The position numbers were made by a program, and so were the translations under genes. A stretch of DNA of 64,000 nucleotides from the NCBI RefSeq assembly GCF_009914755.1, contig NC_060929.1, one strand, 5' to 3'. Each line of letters starts with the position of its first letter. The first letter of the stretch is position 1. The notes below the pieces were generated by a model that worked only from the letters and a program-made list of their open reading frames with translations, had not been told where the DNA came from and searched no databases. Source of the stretch: the human T2T-CHM13v2.0 reference genome, Homo sapiens. Shown here in pieces: positions 13,853-28,270 of the stretch.

Positions 13853-14825
13853 TAACTATTTTAAAATATGCTTAGCTTTATTTAGGATTGATTAAACAAA
13901 TTTAGAATATGCCCTTTGCAGTCTTAAAAAATGTGATCTTGATAGCATGTTTTTAATATTAGTTCCCAAGGGTGTGTGCTATCATCGTAACTATCATCTA
14001 TGAATCTTTTTATGTTGTATTTGCATTTAAATTTTTGTTTTCTATTGAAATGAGGGCTTAAATAGGGCTTTTTCTTAGTCTAAATAGGGCTTTTTCTTTG
14101 TCTTACTTTTACTAGTTATTAACTACGTAGCACATTCCACAGTGATGGAGGTGACTGCAGTTGACCTTGTGTTACCCAGCTACACATTGCTGCTCCTTCT
14201 TTAATTGGTGACAGAAAGCTAATGAGAGCGTAGGATTCCCCCCAACCACCACTTGCCACTTCCTACAGTTGTTAAGATCTACTTTGTGTAATACTACATA
14301 ACTATTTATTGCTGTAACAGAAAGCTTCAGGAAAAATGGAAGGGTTTTGGTAGGTAATAATCAATTATTATGTGAACTTGGAGGTAGAATAATCCACTAG
14401 ATGTCAGTATTGTACCAGGAACTGTTTTTTTAAAACTACTTGTAACTGATTTCTTCTAACCAGCTCCCGGAAGTGGCCATTAATGGATACAATTTTTCAA
14501 ATGTGCCTTGCCACACTTGTATTGTCAGTGAGCATAAAGAGTGTTGTAATTAGGCCGCCATCTCCCCAGTGTGGTTTTCGTGTCGTTTTATTAATGTGTT
14601 TATTGCATTTCTAGTCTTGGGTGAGTAAAGTACTTTAGAGAGAGGCTCAGCTCTCTAAATAAATATATGTATATTTATATATATATAGATTTATATATAT
14701 ATATATTCCATCTTCCTTTCCTGGTAATCAGCTCGAGATGTAATTTGAGTATTTAGAATTAATTTACTGTAATGAAAGCTTACCGATTAAGTCACAATTT
14801 TGGTTCAGCTCTACCCTTTTAAAAT

Positions 14826-14911
14826 TTGTGTAAAGTGTGTGTGTATGTCTGTATATGTGTATATATATGTGTGTGTATATATGTGTGTGTATGTATATAT
14901 TTGTGTGTGTG

Positions 14912-14955
<44 letters not shown>
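14826..14955. repeat. Compound (TG)n/(TA)n microsatellite
   Basis: Directly visible. A second (TA)n tract lies at about 14665-14706. Confidence 0.95.
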
Positions 14956-14956
<1 letters not shown>

Positions 14957-16217
14957 GTTTTTTCAAAAATAGTATGCTCATTGGAAAAATTCTGGATACA
15001 GAAATAACCCAGGAAACCAAAGTATTTTATAATCAAACCCTCTGAGTTAACACTTGAATTTTGTTTTCCTGAGGAAAATATGGGTATCCATATTATATGT
15101 GCTGTTCCATAACTTGCCTTTTTAACTTAAATCAAGAATCTGTATATTTCAGGATGGAAAGAGTTTTAATGGATACTATGGATACACCATTATTTGTTGA
15201 TGTAATTATGGGCAATTGAGTCATTTTTGCTTTTTCACTATTAAAAAAGGCAAACTTTCTTGTACTGTATTAATTTTTGAACACTTACTTGAAGTATATT
15301 TGTAAAACAAATTCCTTGGAGTAGAATTGCTGTTTTAAAAATATTTACATTTTAAATTGTAGTAATGTTTGTCAGGTTTGTCATCTTGTTCTCCAAAAAC
15401 AGTGCAGTATTTCCTGTTGTAGTACCATAAAGTTTTTGTAGTTCTAAAGTGAAAAAAGTATGTTAAAGGAAAAATTGTCACTGTTTTAGCTTTTAATTTA
15501 GGAGATTGTATTGGCTTTAGAATTTACAAACTGTTATTGGTAGATGTTTTTATTATCTTGCCAAAGTCTTTGCAGAGATTTGGGGCGTCCATTCAGCAGT
15601 GTTTCCTGAGTCGTTGTTTTTGGTCAATGCTGAGTTTGGCACTTGGAGGAACACGTGTAATTTGTTAGTGTCCAGGTATTTTAGACAGAGATTCTTCAGC
15701 CAAACCTTTGGAAACCTGTGACTCCTTTGGGAACAGTGATTTTGTCCTCCCTGTTAAGGAAGTCCAGGACACAATCATCTTGAGCCATGGAATTTAAAGT
15801 AGCAGTACCCATTAGCATTTCACATAACATTTGATGCAGATAATTACTGAAGTGCTTTGTTCCTAAAGAGCCCTTGAGAAATAAGCTATGTCTGCCTGTA
15901 ATTAATAACTTGTAATTGCATTGAAATAAAAAATTCTTACTAGCAAGTTTGATGTTTTGTTCAGGAATTTAGACTTTGAGAATTGAGATTCAGAATTTTA
16001 TTAGTTTTATTTATTTATTTATATTGTGGAATTTTTCTAACAGGTCAACATTAAAGCAAATGGTAAATTAAATTCCCTCCTCCTGACAATAGCTCCTAGT
16101 GGCTTTCTCATTTTTTCTTGGGTAATTGGGTGCATCCCTAGGCAGACATTTAACTGAATATTCTAATAGCTCTACCCACAAATTGTGTCACAATTTAAGG
16201 CGGGCTCCTTTTTGTAG

Positions 16218-16403
<186 letters not shown>

Positions 16404-18494
16404 TAGTCGCTTTCACAAGCACCTTGGTGGCTGTTCGTGCACTGGTAGGCGGGCCACCTTTCTGTAGTAAAGAAAATTTGCTGCTCTTGTCTTACCCTTT
16501 GTATCCTATGCCTAAAGAATATATCTAAATGAATGGTGGTGATTGGTAAGTAAACATCTTATATCTTGTCTTCAGGGTGCTGTGACATCTGTGTGCCCTT
16601 CCAGAAGTCACAGAATTCCCCTTCCAGACTTTTGGTTTTCTTTTTTTTCCTTCCAGCAGTGTCACTATCATTTTCTCTCTTAATAGAGTCAGTTGTTACT
16701 CTCTTTTTGGCTCAGAATTGAGCATCTTTTCTAATTTAACTTTTTTCAGAAAGGTTGTTTAGCTAAATGTCTAAAAATGAGCTTCCTATAAAATTTTCTT
16801 TTTCAAAGCTAACGAACATCATATTTAATTGAAAGAGGCTGATGCAGTCTGTGCTGTGTGCAGAATGCAGAAATGCCCCCATCTGAGCAAGTCCAGATCG
16901 AGGGTCCTTCAAGAGCAAAAGGGGACTGTGTCGTACCAGTGCAAATCAACATACTCATGGTACTGCCAGGCAGAGAACCATCATCCCATTTCAGATGAAG
17001 AGTAACCCATTTTTTTGCCCAGAGTGACTCTTCTAGTCCTCATACTCCAACAGAAGAGACCTCAGCATTGTCCCTGAGCAGTCGATGTCCTAGGACCTCT
17101 CTGTGGCTCTCAGGAAGGGATTGAAAATGCTTGCTAGGGGTGAAGACTAAGCGCTTTATAGGACTTCAAAGCCTTTATTACTTTCTTGTGCTTGTAACTT
17201 TGTCATCTCCTTTCCCATAGTGGTAAGTAGTTATGCCTTTAACATTTGCATTTTTCTTTGGTGACACCAAAATGTATATTGTCCTTTTTACTCTTGGGCC
17301 AGCAAGATCCTTTTCGATGCCCAGTACAATTAAAGGCACCCTTCTTTGCAAGTCAGGGCCTGATTTCTCCTCCTTTTTCTTAGTGTTTTTTCCACTTAGG
17401 ACCTCCCCAAAATGCTAAGACCGTGTTGCTGAATGAGGCTGCTCTTCTCACCATCCTGTCCTCAGGCTGGCCCTCTCACCCTCTTCAGTGAAGTCTTCGA
17501 GAACCATCAGCAGGAATAGGATGACAGAACACAGGGTGGGGAGTTCTAAGTAGTATTAGAAAGTTCTCTTATCGCATACTAATTTATTTCAATTCTTTTC
17601 GTAGATTTTTTGTTACCTTTTAGAATGTTAGAATGTTTGTAACAATACCACATTACGTAGTTATATAAAAAAATTAAAGTCATTGGGACTTATAAAAAAT
17701 TATATTATTTTCTAATTAAGAACAATTAAAATATCTAAAGCTTGATATTAAGTTGAACACCCTACTAAACCTTATTTTGATGTTTAAAACTCTACGCCAT
17801 TATACATAGACCTTTTCATATTTTCAATTAAGTAACTGCTAAAAATAAAACATACCAAAACATAAAACATTTCAAAGTTTATTAGTGGATAGTTCAATAT
17901 TTAAATACAGATTATTTAACCTGCTTTTGAAAGAATACCTACGTATTTTGAAATCACTGATTTTTTTTGATAAATTTTTAAAAACCAAACACTTTAATTA
18001 TTTTAAATGTAAGATGGAAAATATTTCAAGCCTAAGCATTTTCAGTAATTCTTGAAAGAGTAGCCTTTAATCTTTTTGGGATCATGACTTTATTTTAAAT
18101 CTGAAAACTGGGCACCTCCCTGCAGAAAACTGCGCACCTCCCTGCAGAAAACTGCACATATACCTAGTAAGGGTTTGCTGAGCTCCTCACCTCTGAAGCC
18201 AACTTATGGACCCATTCCTAGAAGCCTTTGCTTTTAAAATTCGCCTTTGGGTAGAAATACTGATTTAAGAGTAAGAAAATGCATCTTATCTGGTTTTTAA
18301 CTTTAGGAGTTGAAAGAAAAAATAGTAATATTTTACTTGAACACAAAGTTCAAGTGCTTAACTATGATTTAAAACTAGAACATGATTTGAGTATTCTAAA
18401 TAAGACATGGAATTTTTTTTTTTTTTTTTTTTTTTAGGTAAGGTTATTTTCAGTAGTAGTGAATTAATAATTGCTTGTTTTTATTTTTTTCTAG

Positions 18495-18537
18495 AACATC
18501 TTCCTAAACTTCAACCCAGACCATATTCGTGTGCAAG
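18495..18537 (+). CDS. MTRR: MTRR exon 10
   Basis: ttctag|AACATC...TGCAAG|gtacta, 43 nt. Encodes (E)HLPKLQPRPYSCA(S), with the RxYS FAD-binding motif. Confidence 0.96.
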
Positions 18538-18883
18538 GTACTACTATTTATTCACGTAATATATAGCATTGTTTCTCCAAAATCTTAGACTCAGGCTTCC
18601 AGATCATTAGAGTTTACTAATTTATTCAGTGAAAACTTACCTGCTTTATGGAAGACAGTACCAGGCATAATAAAGCAGAAGAAGAATCATAGAGCTCCTG
18701 TCCTCTGGGACTTCATAGAATTTAACATCTTGGGTGGCTTCCCATGGCCCAGTACTATGTTTCCCCACTTAGGAGTCTCAGGCTCCTCCACATGCTTCCT
18801 GTGTCCGTGTGCCCAGCCACCTTCACTGAGTGGCAGCCGGAGGCAGGGGAGACAGAAAAGTTCCACTATAAAACATTTGATGA

Positions 18884-19200
<317 letters not shown>

Positions 19201-19814
19201 TTATAGGATTCTCCCTGTGGCCTTCATTCCATTGCACAGCCTCTACCGTTTTCCCGTCTGGCTCTCTGTTTTGCCTTTCAGTAATAATACAAGAAGGTGC
19301 ACCATTCTTTTGGTTGAAAGGGGAATTAAGAATGAACTCAAGTTCTTTCGCATTATTTACCGTGTAATGTGAAAAGAAATCTACTTTTGTAGGGATGTCT
19401 TTTAAAGATGTTTTTACTTTGAATTTTTAGTTTTCTCCTTTCTGGGTGTATACTTCAGTCACTTTCAAGTTTTATGATCTTACCAGTAGATAATGTATGG
19501 ATATTTGTTAGAATTTATCCCCATTTCTTCACATCTTTATAATAAATATTGAGTGAATGAATCCTTTACATGAAGATCCTTAGGGCATATTAGATTTTAT
19601 AAATATCATCTAGTCCTAGTGCAAGCAAATAAAATTGGAAACTTTCTTGAATAACAAAATGTAGGGTGTGAGAGTGTGAAGGTTGGGGGCAGTTTTTAAT
19701 TACGTAATAATGGCTTTCCTCTGTGAGGATTTGGAAGGTAGATTAGAGCCTATAAGGAAATATTTCTAAACTGAATAAAAGGATTGGTTTGACCCATATG
19801 TGTAGTAGTACTGA

Positions 19815-20045
<231 letters not shown>

Positions 20046-21889
20046 TAGTACCTTAACCTCAGCATTGTTAACTCATACTCTTTGTTTCATTAGAAAAAAC
20101 AGTGTTGTCTCACCCACATCATTCATTACTGTCATAAGAAAATTTATGCTGTTCTTGAATTTTAAAATCTCTATTGCAAGAGCAGAAAACTGTTTACTTC
20201 CATGTACTCTTTAACTAGTGTGTGTATTTTCTGAATGTATAAAGCATGAATTTTATATAGTACGGTCTTTGCTTGTCCTATTCATGGAAAAGAAGACCTT
20301 TTATGTTGATATTCTTGGTACATTGGCCTGGGGAGGGGTGGAGAACTGTCTAGGAAGTATTTAAGGGGGGTGATGAGAGACAGTCTCATTTTATGTTTAA
20401 GATGTATACTGCCTCTCAAATAAGTAGTTTTACATTGGGAGTCTGAGGGCAACTAAAGATTAATTTTATATTGTCCAATTTTGGCTAGTAGGGTCCCCGC
20501 ATCCCTGTTTTTCTGCTTTTGTTATCTGTGGTGTCTGACATCTGAACTTGTGCCATTATTGAGAAGACATATGGCTGTAAATACTTTTACAACACCTAGG
20601 AGTAAAAGGTTATGTGATTTTCTCAACAGATTGTGGACACTTTACACTTGGACTCAGTGACATCTTTTTATGTTTTGATACGGCACTCAGCAGAATTTCG
20701 AGACCACGTGTGTAGGCAACAGTTTAAAGTTGTCCACAAGAATGGTTGAAATAAAGCAACATTTCAGGCTTTATCATGAAGTCCTCTTTCTTCATAGTAA
20801 TGAAGAAATCAGTGATTCACTTGGAGTGTTGTCTTAGGAGAAGTTTGGTTTCTTTATTAGAGTTGAAAGGTTCATAGACCTCAATAGTGGGGATTAGGAC
20901 TTCTTGGGATATACTTGAGAGGATAAGGGATGATTGCTGCTTGAAATTGCCGTTTAACTTGATGTTTTTCCAGTCTGCTGCCTGGAACAGAGAGATGCTT
21001 TATTGTGTTCTCTATACATCATGTATTCATTATACATCAAAATATTAGGAACCTTACAGAAACTTTCTTTTTTGAGAAGAAATATTATAGTACTGATATA
21101 CAAGTATATGTCACTTGGTGATTGTATAAAGATAGCAGATGATCTCCAGAACATTAAAAACAATGTGTGTCCATCATGTATCGTAAACACTAAACATGGG
21201 TGCCTTTCACCTACTCCTCCTTTCCTCCCTCCCTCTCTTCGTCCTTCCTTCCCCATTTTAACAGATTTTTATTAACTATCCAATCTATATGCAGTAGAAG
21301 TGCAGATATGAAGGATATAATTTAAAACTATCTGAAATTACCTGTGCTTGTGTTGTGTTTTATTACAAATTATACAGAATGTTGACTTTTGCAAGACCTA
21401 TCACCCACCCTGCCCTACTATGGCGGATAGTACAGTTATTCACAGATTAACCCTGCCACTGATGTTCAGCCTGGCTGTGTGAACAGAAGGACATCTGCCA
21501 CATCTAAGCAGGAGCACTAAGCCTGTGGGCGTGGTGTAGCTTGGCTCTCTTCTTCCTATCTGCCATGATATTCTCTCCACATAGACCCTCAAGTGAAGCA
21601 GTCCCACAGCCTTCGAGGAAGAGAGCCCCAGAACGTAGAAAGTGTGCTGTTGTCACAGGATCTTTGTACATGTGTTTTTCTTTTCTGCCAGGAATATGCT
21701 CTGGCATGGCTAACTCCCTTGATTCAGATCGTGGTCAAAGGTCTCATTGTAGACATGGGCCTTCTTTGACATTGGTGTTTGAATTAGCAGCTCACTGCCA
21801 CACCCATCATTTCCTTATCCTGTGTAATTTTGCTTCCTAAGACATTGGGAAGTCATTACCCATCATTCTGTGGATATATGTGATAATGT

Positions 21890-22018
21890 GTATGTTTATT
21901 TTCTTTTCCTTCCACTAGAATGTAAGTTCCGTAAAGACAGGGGCGTTGTTTTGTTCATTTCTGTATCCTTAATGCCTGTCATGGTGAATACTTTCAGTAA
22001 ATCTGTTAAATGAATGAA
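21890..22018 (+). mobile_element. L2 3' end
   Basis: ccactagaatgtaagttcc…gacagggg…tcagtaaatctgttaaatgaatgaa. Confidence 0.7.
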
Positions 22019-22754
22019 GCAAAGAAGGCTAATGTAATGTTAACTAGTTTCATTCCCAAGTAAGAGCAGTAATGAGACACAGCTTTGCCATTCCTTCATT
22101 TAAAAGGTATGGTGTTCAGGCTCGTCATTACTTCCTACAGTCGTCCTTGAGTTAAAAGTTAAAATGTATACAGTTACACCACCATGCAAGGTGGAGGGGA
22201 ATCCTGTCATTCTTAAATCTTGGTATCAGTATGACTTTTGCATATGACAGTGAAACTGGAAGTGAAACATACTCAGATTGATTCAGAAATATCTTTTGAA
22301 ATTTTAACAAAAAGATTTTGATAATTATATGATTTGTTTAGTTATAACAAAAATAATTCTGGGTAATATTGGACCCAGAATAGCAAATACAGCACCATTA
22401 TCTGGAATATTTGGAGCAGCCCCTCAATTTCTTTTTAAGGTGCCTGACTTTTATTTAAAATTTTTCAACCTCATCGTGATGCTAATCTTTATTGTCTTCA
22501 TATTTAGGGTACATTTCTCCATAATATATGCTATTGTCTGCCCACCAGAAAGCAGATCTTATCCATAGACCAAGAAACATGATTTGATTATCTATTTAGA
22601 GTTCTACCTCAAAGACACCATGCCTATCATTTTTTACAACATTTTTTATTTGAATAGAAAAGAAAAATTTGCAAGACAAACTTCTTTCTGTAGTGACAAA
22701 TGTGCTCATGGTTTCAATAAAATCTGATGCCACTATTTAGTGATGTTTCTTTGA

Positions 22755-23012
<258 letters not shown>

Positions 23013-23986
23013 TGAGTAACCGTTTTTGTTTCTTTAGTCATTTTGAGGATAATTGGACTTTGTAAAATTTTTATTTAAAAAATTATTATTCAATGTGCGA
23101 TAACATAATTTGTCACCATGGGAAAAGTAAACACAATGTTGTAGAGATTGTGCTTTGTACTAGAACTTCCTTTTTTACTGTGGCACTTTTAGTTTTTTCT
23201 TTTCTCAGCTACACTGGTTTGTAGCATATGTGGTTGGGGACAAATATTGGGCATACCTTCGTACTGTGATGATATACAGCTGTTGTATCTATCCCTTAAT
23301 TGGATACAATTGGTAGTGACAGAGATCCAATTTTAGTAAAAGTTTCAACATTAAACTCAAACATCAGTAATTTTCAACAGAATGTTAATAAGTTTAACTT
23401 CATATCAGAACAGAAGTATTTGATATGAAATAAGTAAAATAAAATTGTACTTCTGTTTATATTTGTGAAGTAATGAGCAAGTCTTAGATACTATTTGTCA
23501 GATAGTAGAGTCCTGTCCTTCGGACAGTTATTTTATTTCGTTTTAATTTTTTCCTTAAGCAAAAGCATAATCACAGATGTCTCTGTCTCATCAGTGTGTT
23601 CACCATTTCGTAGACACTTTACACATTCTGCCTTTAACAGCCCTGAGCCACTTTTCCATAGTACAAGTTCATTTATTCATAAAATTGCTATTAATGTTAT
23701 TGAATGTAGAGCTCTCTCTAGATCTCACAGTGTGATACTTTGAATTGTCCTCATTTTGTGTATGTCGGATGTAGCTGCCTCTCCACACACTTGCCTAGTG
23801 TGGCATCTGCTCGAGTGGCCATGACAGCCTGTGGAGAGTAAAATGCTAATTAAATGACTGAATGTTCAAATGCAGAGATGGATTTTACAAATCCGTCTGA
23901 GTTTGTTGGTGGTAGTTCCTAATGAAAGAGATTGGTTTTACATATTCTTTATATCACACACCTAAACTTTTTTTTTTTCCACTTAG

Positions 23987-24079
23987 AGAGAAACTCCAAG
24001 AACAACACCCAGATGGAAATTTTGGAGCAATGTGGTTGTTTTTTGGCTGCAGGCATAAGGATAGGGATTATCTATTCAG
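23987..24079 (+). CDS. MTRR: MTRR exon 13
   Basis: acttag|AGAGAA...ATTCAG|gtattg, 93 nt. Encodes [30 protein letters not shown](R). Confidence 0.96.
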
Positions 24080-24187
24080 GTATTGTACAATTCCAGTATT
24101 GTACTCAACCACTGAGTGTACAATTCTAATTCTCAGACTTTTTCAGCTTGACAACCTTTTAGTGATCCATTATATATTATATTTCAG

Positions 24188-24370
24188 AAAAGAGCTCAGA
24201 CATTTCCTTAAGCATGGGATCTTAACTCATCTAAAGGTTTCCTTCTCAAGAGATGCTCCTGTTGGGGAGGAGGAAGCCCCAGCAAAGTATGTGCAAGACA
24301 ACATCCAGCTTCATGGCCAGCAGGTGGCGAGAATCCTCCTCCAGGAGAACGGCCATATTTATGTGTGTGG
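24188..24370 (+). CDS. MTRR: MTRR exon 14
   Basis: tttcag|AAAAGA...GTGTGG|gtgagt, 183 nt. Encodes [22 protein letters not shown]...KYVQDNI...HIYVCG. Confidence 0.97.
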
Positions 24371-25997
24371 GTGAGTCATTATCGTGCCTAAGTCGGGTAG
24401 GAGAGGGCCATCAGTGATGTCTGTAGAAGAAAAAAAGGACCGAGAAGCCAATAATCTAGATATGTAGGGATAAGACATTTGATTCTTAAGTACAGGAATA
24501 GAAATAACAGTTCTGAAATGATTTTGACATATTTAATAGCCCAGAGGTTGTTATTATCAGGGAAATAGTGGTGAAAGTTAATGCTTGCATTGTACATTCT
24601 TGGTACCATTTACTTACCTGTTTTTAGCCTCTGAAAATTACACTCATGTTACTACATTAATCATGTGACTTGAAATCTCCAGATTGATTTTGTTATATAT
24701 AAGAATAGGTGATTTGTGCTGTTGTGAACTATTGATAAGTAAGAAAGAAAAAGTATGATTTTTGATGCTGAGAATGTGGATACTAGGATTCTTTTTCTGC
24801 TAGGCATAATTCTTGGTGATAAAGTTGAAACGTTCTGTGTTACTGAATTTGATCTACTTTCTGAGGCAAGATCTGTTACAGGAACCCATAATTGCCATAG
24901 AAAAATTGTTTAACGCTTATTTGCTTATTTTGATAAGACTCAAAAAATTTCTGCTAGTTAAAAAGGAGTTTTGAAGTAAGAAATTCACTTTTTCATCCAA
25001 ACACATTCCTAGGATTTAACACATTCTCTAAGTCAGGTTCTTTTTTTTTTCAACTGTAATGTAGAAGACAAAATACTGGCATCGTGACCCAGAACATATG
25101 GATAAAGATAATTGAAACAAGTTTCATGAAACAAAGCAACGTTTTCTGTTTAGTTTTTATAACACATTCTGATCATTTCTCTTCCATTTTATTTAGTTTG
25201 CTTTAAAAGCTAGCTTTGGCTACTAAGTTAATTTCATGTCCTTTCAATAGATTTTGACTCCTAATTGAAAAACATTGCTTTAGGTCAATAAAGGGCAGAA
25301 ATTCTAGACATTGTTTTGGTTTACATTTTCCTTCGCTTTTAATGAAGTATTTAATCTGCATTTTGTTTGGCGAGGACAGTGTCATCGGTGGTCAAATACA
25401 GGCTGGAGTTTTAGAGATGCACCTCTAAATAGTAGAGGCAGAGTTCATTGTACAGATCACAGATATCTGGTCATTGAGAACTTGGAGAATATCTTAAATG
25501 TCCAGACTCCTAAAACATTATTCCAGAAATAGCTCCTCCCAATCACTGGTGCTTTACTTTGTCACATTTGTGAAATGCACTTGGAAGCATTAATAGCAGT
25601 GGTCAGAGGGCTCAGAAGGAAACCCTGGGGCACTTGAACATTGATCGTCCGTCAGGGAAGCAGGAACAAAGTAGACAGAAGGAACAGCCACTGAAGAAGC
25701 AAAATTGTCCCAAAGCCAAGAGGGTGCTGTTTCAGAGAGGGAGCCTGTACTGCTGATGAGTCAAATGAGAAGACAGCGGAGCAGGATCTTGGGGTATAAG
25801 TTCCCTGAGAATAGTGGAGAGGAGAGCCTCTTGAGACAGGTGAGACAGACACCTCTCAAGAAATTTCACTGTGAGGGGCCAGGACATGTTCAGTTCCTAA
25901 CATAGTAGAGTCTTGTCTGACACTTCGCTTCATTCAGCAAACACCTGAGTGCTGGCTAAGTGCTTGGGGCATATTCAGATGTCGATAGATACGAGGA

Positions 25998-26388
25998 TAT
26001 ATTAGTTTTTCTGTTGAGGAATACCTGAGACTAAAGAAAAGAGATTTAATGGGCTCACGGTTTAGGCTGTAGAGGAAACATGGTGCCGGCACCTGCTTCT
26101 GGTGAAGACCCCAGGAAGCTTCCACTCTGACAGAAGGCAAAGGGGGAGCAGGCACCTCACACGGCAAGAGAGGGAGCAAGAGGCAGGGGGAGGTGCCACA
26201 CACTCAAATAGCCAGATCTCTCAGGAACTCAGAGGGAGAACTCACTCATTACAGCGAGCATAACATCAAGCCATTCATGAGGCATCTGCCCCCATGACCC
26301 AGACGCCTCCCACCAAGCCCCACTTCTAACACTGGGAACCACATTTTAACATAAAGATTTGGAGAGGGCACACATCCAAACTGGATCA
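25998..26388 (-). mobile_element. MST-family MaLR solo LTR inserted in an antisense L2
   Basis: MSTB-like (tggtgccggcacctgcttctggtgaa…catccaaactggatca) with 5-bp TSD GAGGA at 25993-25997 and 26389-26393. Confidence 0.85.
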
Positions 26389-26992
26389 GAGGATAAGTGA
26401 GTTACACTTCCTACCCTCAAACAACTTACTCCCTGGTGAGAAAGCTACATATAAACAGACGTTTCTAACGTCGGAAGTGTTCCAGAGAGGACTGCAAGAG
26501 CACCCAGGAGGGGTACCGCCCCCTTCTTGTAAATTGAAGAGTTAAGATGTAGAAGCACTTCAAAAGGACCTGGCACATAGTAAGTCCTCAATAAAGGTGT
26601 CTGTTACTAACTGTATGTGTATAAAGACCTAGAAGTGTGCGAGAGATCTGGTTCCCTTCAGGAGCACGAGTCTACTGTGTGCTTTGAGAGTGGAGGGCAG
26701 GGAATGAGGGGTGAGCCAGCAGGTGGGTCGGAGCCAGGCAGGACCTCAGATGCTTCTCTGACACCTAGGAAATCCTTGGCCTACTGTCGGGACCTGGAGC
26801 CTGTGGAGGATTGGGAGCTGTAGAACCGTGTGGTCAGCTCTGTCTCCTAGAACAGTCACTGTAGGCAAAGGCCTGGCCTGGGCATGAGTGAGGCTGGGAG
26901 ATCTGTGTGAGATGTTCTGAGAAGACGGAGGGAAGAACTATGGTGGTACAGTCAAAAGGAATTAGACTTGTGAATTAAGGAGGATTTACTAA

Positions 26993-27181
<189 letters not shown>

Positions 27182-28245
27182 AACCAGAAATTAAAGAAAG
27201 AGGATTAAGCTTTTTTGACTGAAAGTACTAAAAGTCAGCTTTACTAGTGCCAAACCTTTAAATTTTCAAAAGAAAATTTTCTTTCAACATTTCTTGAAGG
27301 ACATGGAGTGGAGATTGGATCATTTAACAATATAACAAAACTTCCTGATTTGATTTTACGTATCTTCTATCTACGCCCTTCCTGTGCCTGTGACTCTCCC
27401 CAAATTGCCCTGTTGCCTTGAGCTCTTCTGAGCTAAGGCAGCCTTCAGTCCCTATCAGCGCCTCCTTTACTTCCCAGAGAACTTCACAGAGACTCTGTCC
27501 TTCCATGCAAAGGCTTCCTGAAATAGGGAGACTGACTGAGTAGCTCATTCTTGTGACTTACAGTGCCAACATTTAAAAAAGTATGAAAATGATTTATTTT
27601 TATATGATGTATACCCATAAAGAATGCTCATATTAATGTACTTAAATTACACATGTAGAGCATATCTGTTATATGTTTATGTAACTATCAAATGGTTATT
27701 TGTTACTAAAGCTATATTTCTGATAAAAAATATTTTAGGATAATTGCCTACAGAGGGATTTATTTTTATGATGCTGGAAATATGAAATGTATTTTAAAAT
27801 TTCACTCTGGCATATGATTTATCTATCACCATTACTTTTTTTTAAGTCACAATTTCAGAATTTTGGGACATTTGCATTCAATTTACAGGTACCAGTACGT
27901 ACATATTTTAATAGAAAGATACAACCTTTTTATTTTCACTCCTTTTATTTCTGCTGCTTGGCACATTTTTGAGTTTTCCCACATTATTTGTCTCCATGAT
28001 ACCACTCAAGCAGTGTGCTGGACCTAAAATACTGACTTTAGTTAGTATCCTTGGATTTTTAGATTCCCAGTGTCTAATTCCCTGTTATAATTTGCACAAA
28101 CAAAACAAAATGTTATGATAATCTTTCTCCACTGTTCTAATATATATTGTATTTTTATTTGATAGCTTGGGATTTAAAACATCTCTGTTGAAGGCTTTTG
28201 ATCCTTTTGAGAAATAAAGATCTGAAAGAAATGGCATAATCTTAA
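27182..28245 (+). other. MTRR: MTRR 3' UTR
   Basis: AT-rich unique sequence from the stop codon to about 25 nt past AATAAA. The 3' end is approximate. Confidence 0.85.
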
Positions 28246-28270
28246 AACTTGGTAAGTTTTTGTGGCTGTG
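28213..28270 (+). terminator. MTRR polyadenylation signal and downstream GU-rich element
   Basis: AATAAA at 28213-28218, followed by a U/GU-rich tract (gtttttgtggctgtgt) at about 28256-28271. Confidence 0.85.

Noticed and set aside
14764-15045. ORFs rich in YI/CV/TH repeats
   Set aside because: Translations of a dinucleotide microsatellite.
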